The translations under genes were made by a program, and so were the position numbers. Of a stretch of 64,000 bases of DNA, positions 63,864 through 64,000 are shown in pieces. The notes beneath the pieces were generated by a model. The model saw nothing but the letters and a program-made list of their open reading frames with translations. It was not told where the DNA came from and searched no databases. Origin of the DNA: Rhodocyclaceae bacterium (lineage in GTDB: Bacteria > Pseudomonadota > Gammaproteobacteria > Burkholderiales > Rhodocyclaceae); the NCBI GenBank assembly GCA_013426785.1, contig JACDZI010000003.1, positions 14,361 through 78,360 of the forward strand. The letters are read 5' to 3'. How positions within the stretch are numbered: the first letter of the stretch is position 1; every line of letters starts with the position of its first letter.

Positions 63864-64000
63864 ATGGCAGCGGCAATCGAAGTCAGGAATCTGAACAAAG
63901 TCTTTCCCTGCTGCAAGGCGCTGGATAACGTCAGCCTCAGCATCGAGAGCTGCGAAATGGTCGCCCTGATCGGCGCTTCCGGCTCGGGCAAGTCGACCCT
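63864..64000 (+). CDS. ABC transporter ATP-binding protein, 5' part (PhnC-like?)
   Basis: [45 protein letters not shown] (Walker A). Runs off the window end. Confidence 0.7.
   Translation, partial: MAAAIEVRNLNKVFPCCKALDNVSLSIESCEMVALIGASGSGKST

Overview
GC-rich proteobacterial chromosomal core region; gene content and order look betaproteobacterial, possibly Rhodocyclales-like, but that placement is inference. All calls rest on recognised protein motifs and synteny, because no database search was possible.

Gene content, left to right:
- fabF(partial)-acpP-fabG-fabD-fabH-plsX-rpmF-yceD fatty-acid/ribosomal cluster, then maf, an RsmI-like methyltransferase, sppA and a HAD phosphatase
- divergent rluC/rne, a LMW tyrosine phosphatase, ybaB-dnaX and a Spy/CpxP-like chaperone
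- a signalling block: FIST protein plus hybrid histidine kinase, a hydrolase, a decayed CheB/phytochrome remnant and a second, damaged hybrid kinase
- comEC, a DUF2062 protein, an MCP with a stand-alone secreted Cache protein, and lolCD
- an unusual cNMP-binding/acetate kinase/PduL fusion, an RpfE-like hypothetical and recJ
- the complete nuoA-N operon, tRNA-Leu(GAG), secG and tpiA
- a phosphorus-acquisition neighbourhood: pstSCAB with a near-perfect Pho box, DUF47-pit, a GT4/PlcP-like/GT4 putative lipid-remodelling cluster, a decayed EAL pseudogene, an EamA transporter, a PhnY-like aldehyde dehydrogenase and the start of a PhnC-like ABC ATPase

No CRISPR array, IS element, integrase or prophage genes were seen.

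The most striking signal belongs to no gene. An oriented, non-palindromic ~21-24 nt motif, 5'-(GCC)GTCCCGCCAGCGCCGACTTTT-3', recurs 18 times in 64 kb. Sixteen copies lie inside unrelated conserved CDSs, on either strand relative to the gene and in all six reading frames, without lengthening the host proteins. Three copies are in comEC. This is the signature of a DNA uptake sequence (DUS/USS-like), or of some other genome-wide DNA-level signal. I do not recognise it as a described one.
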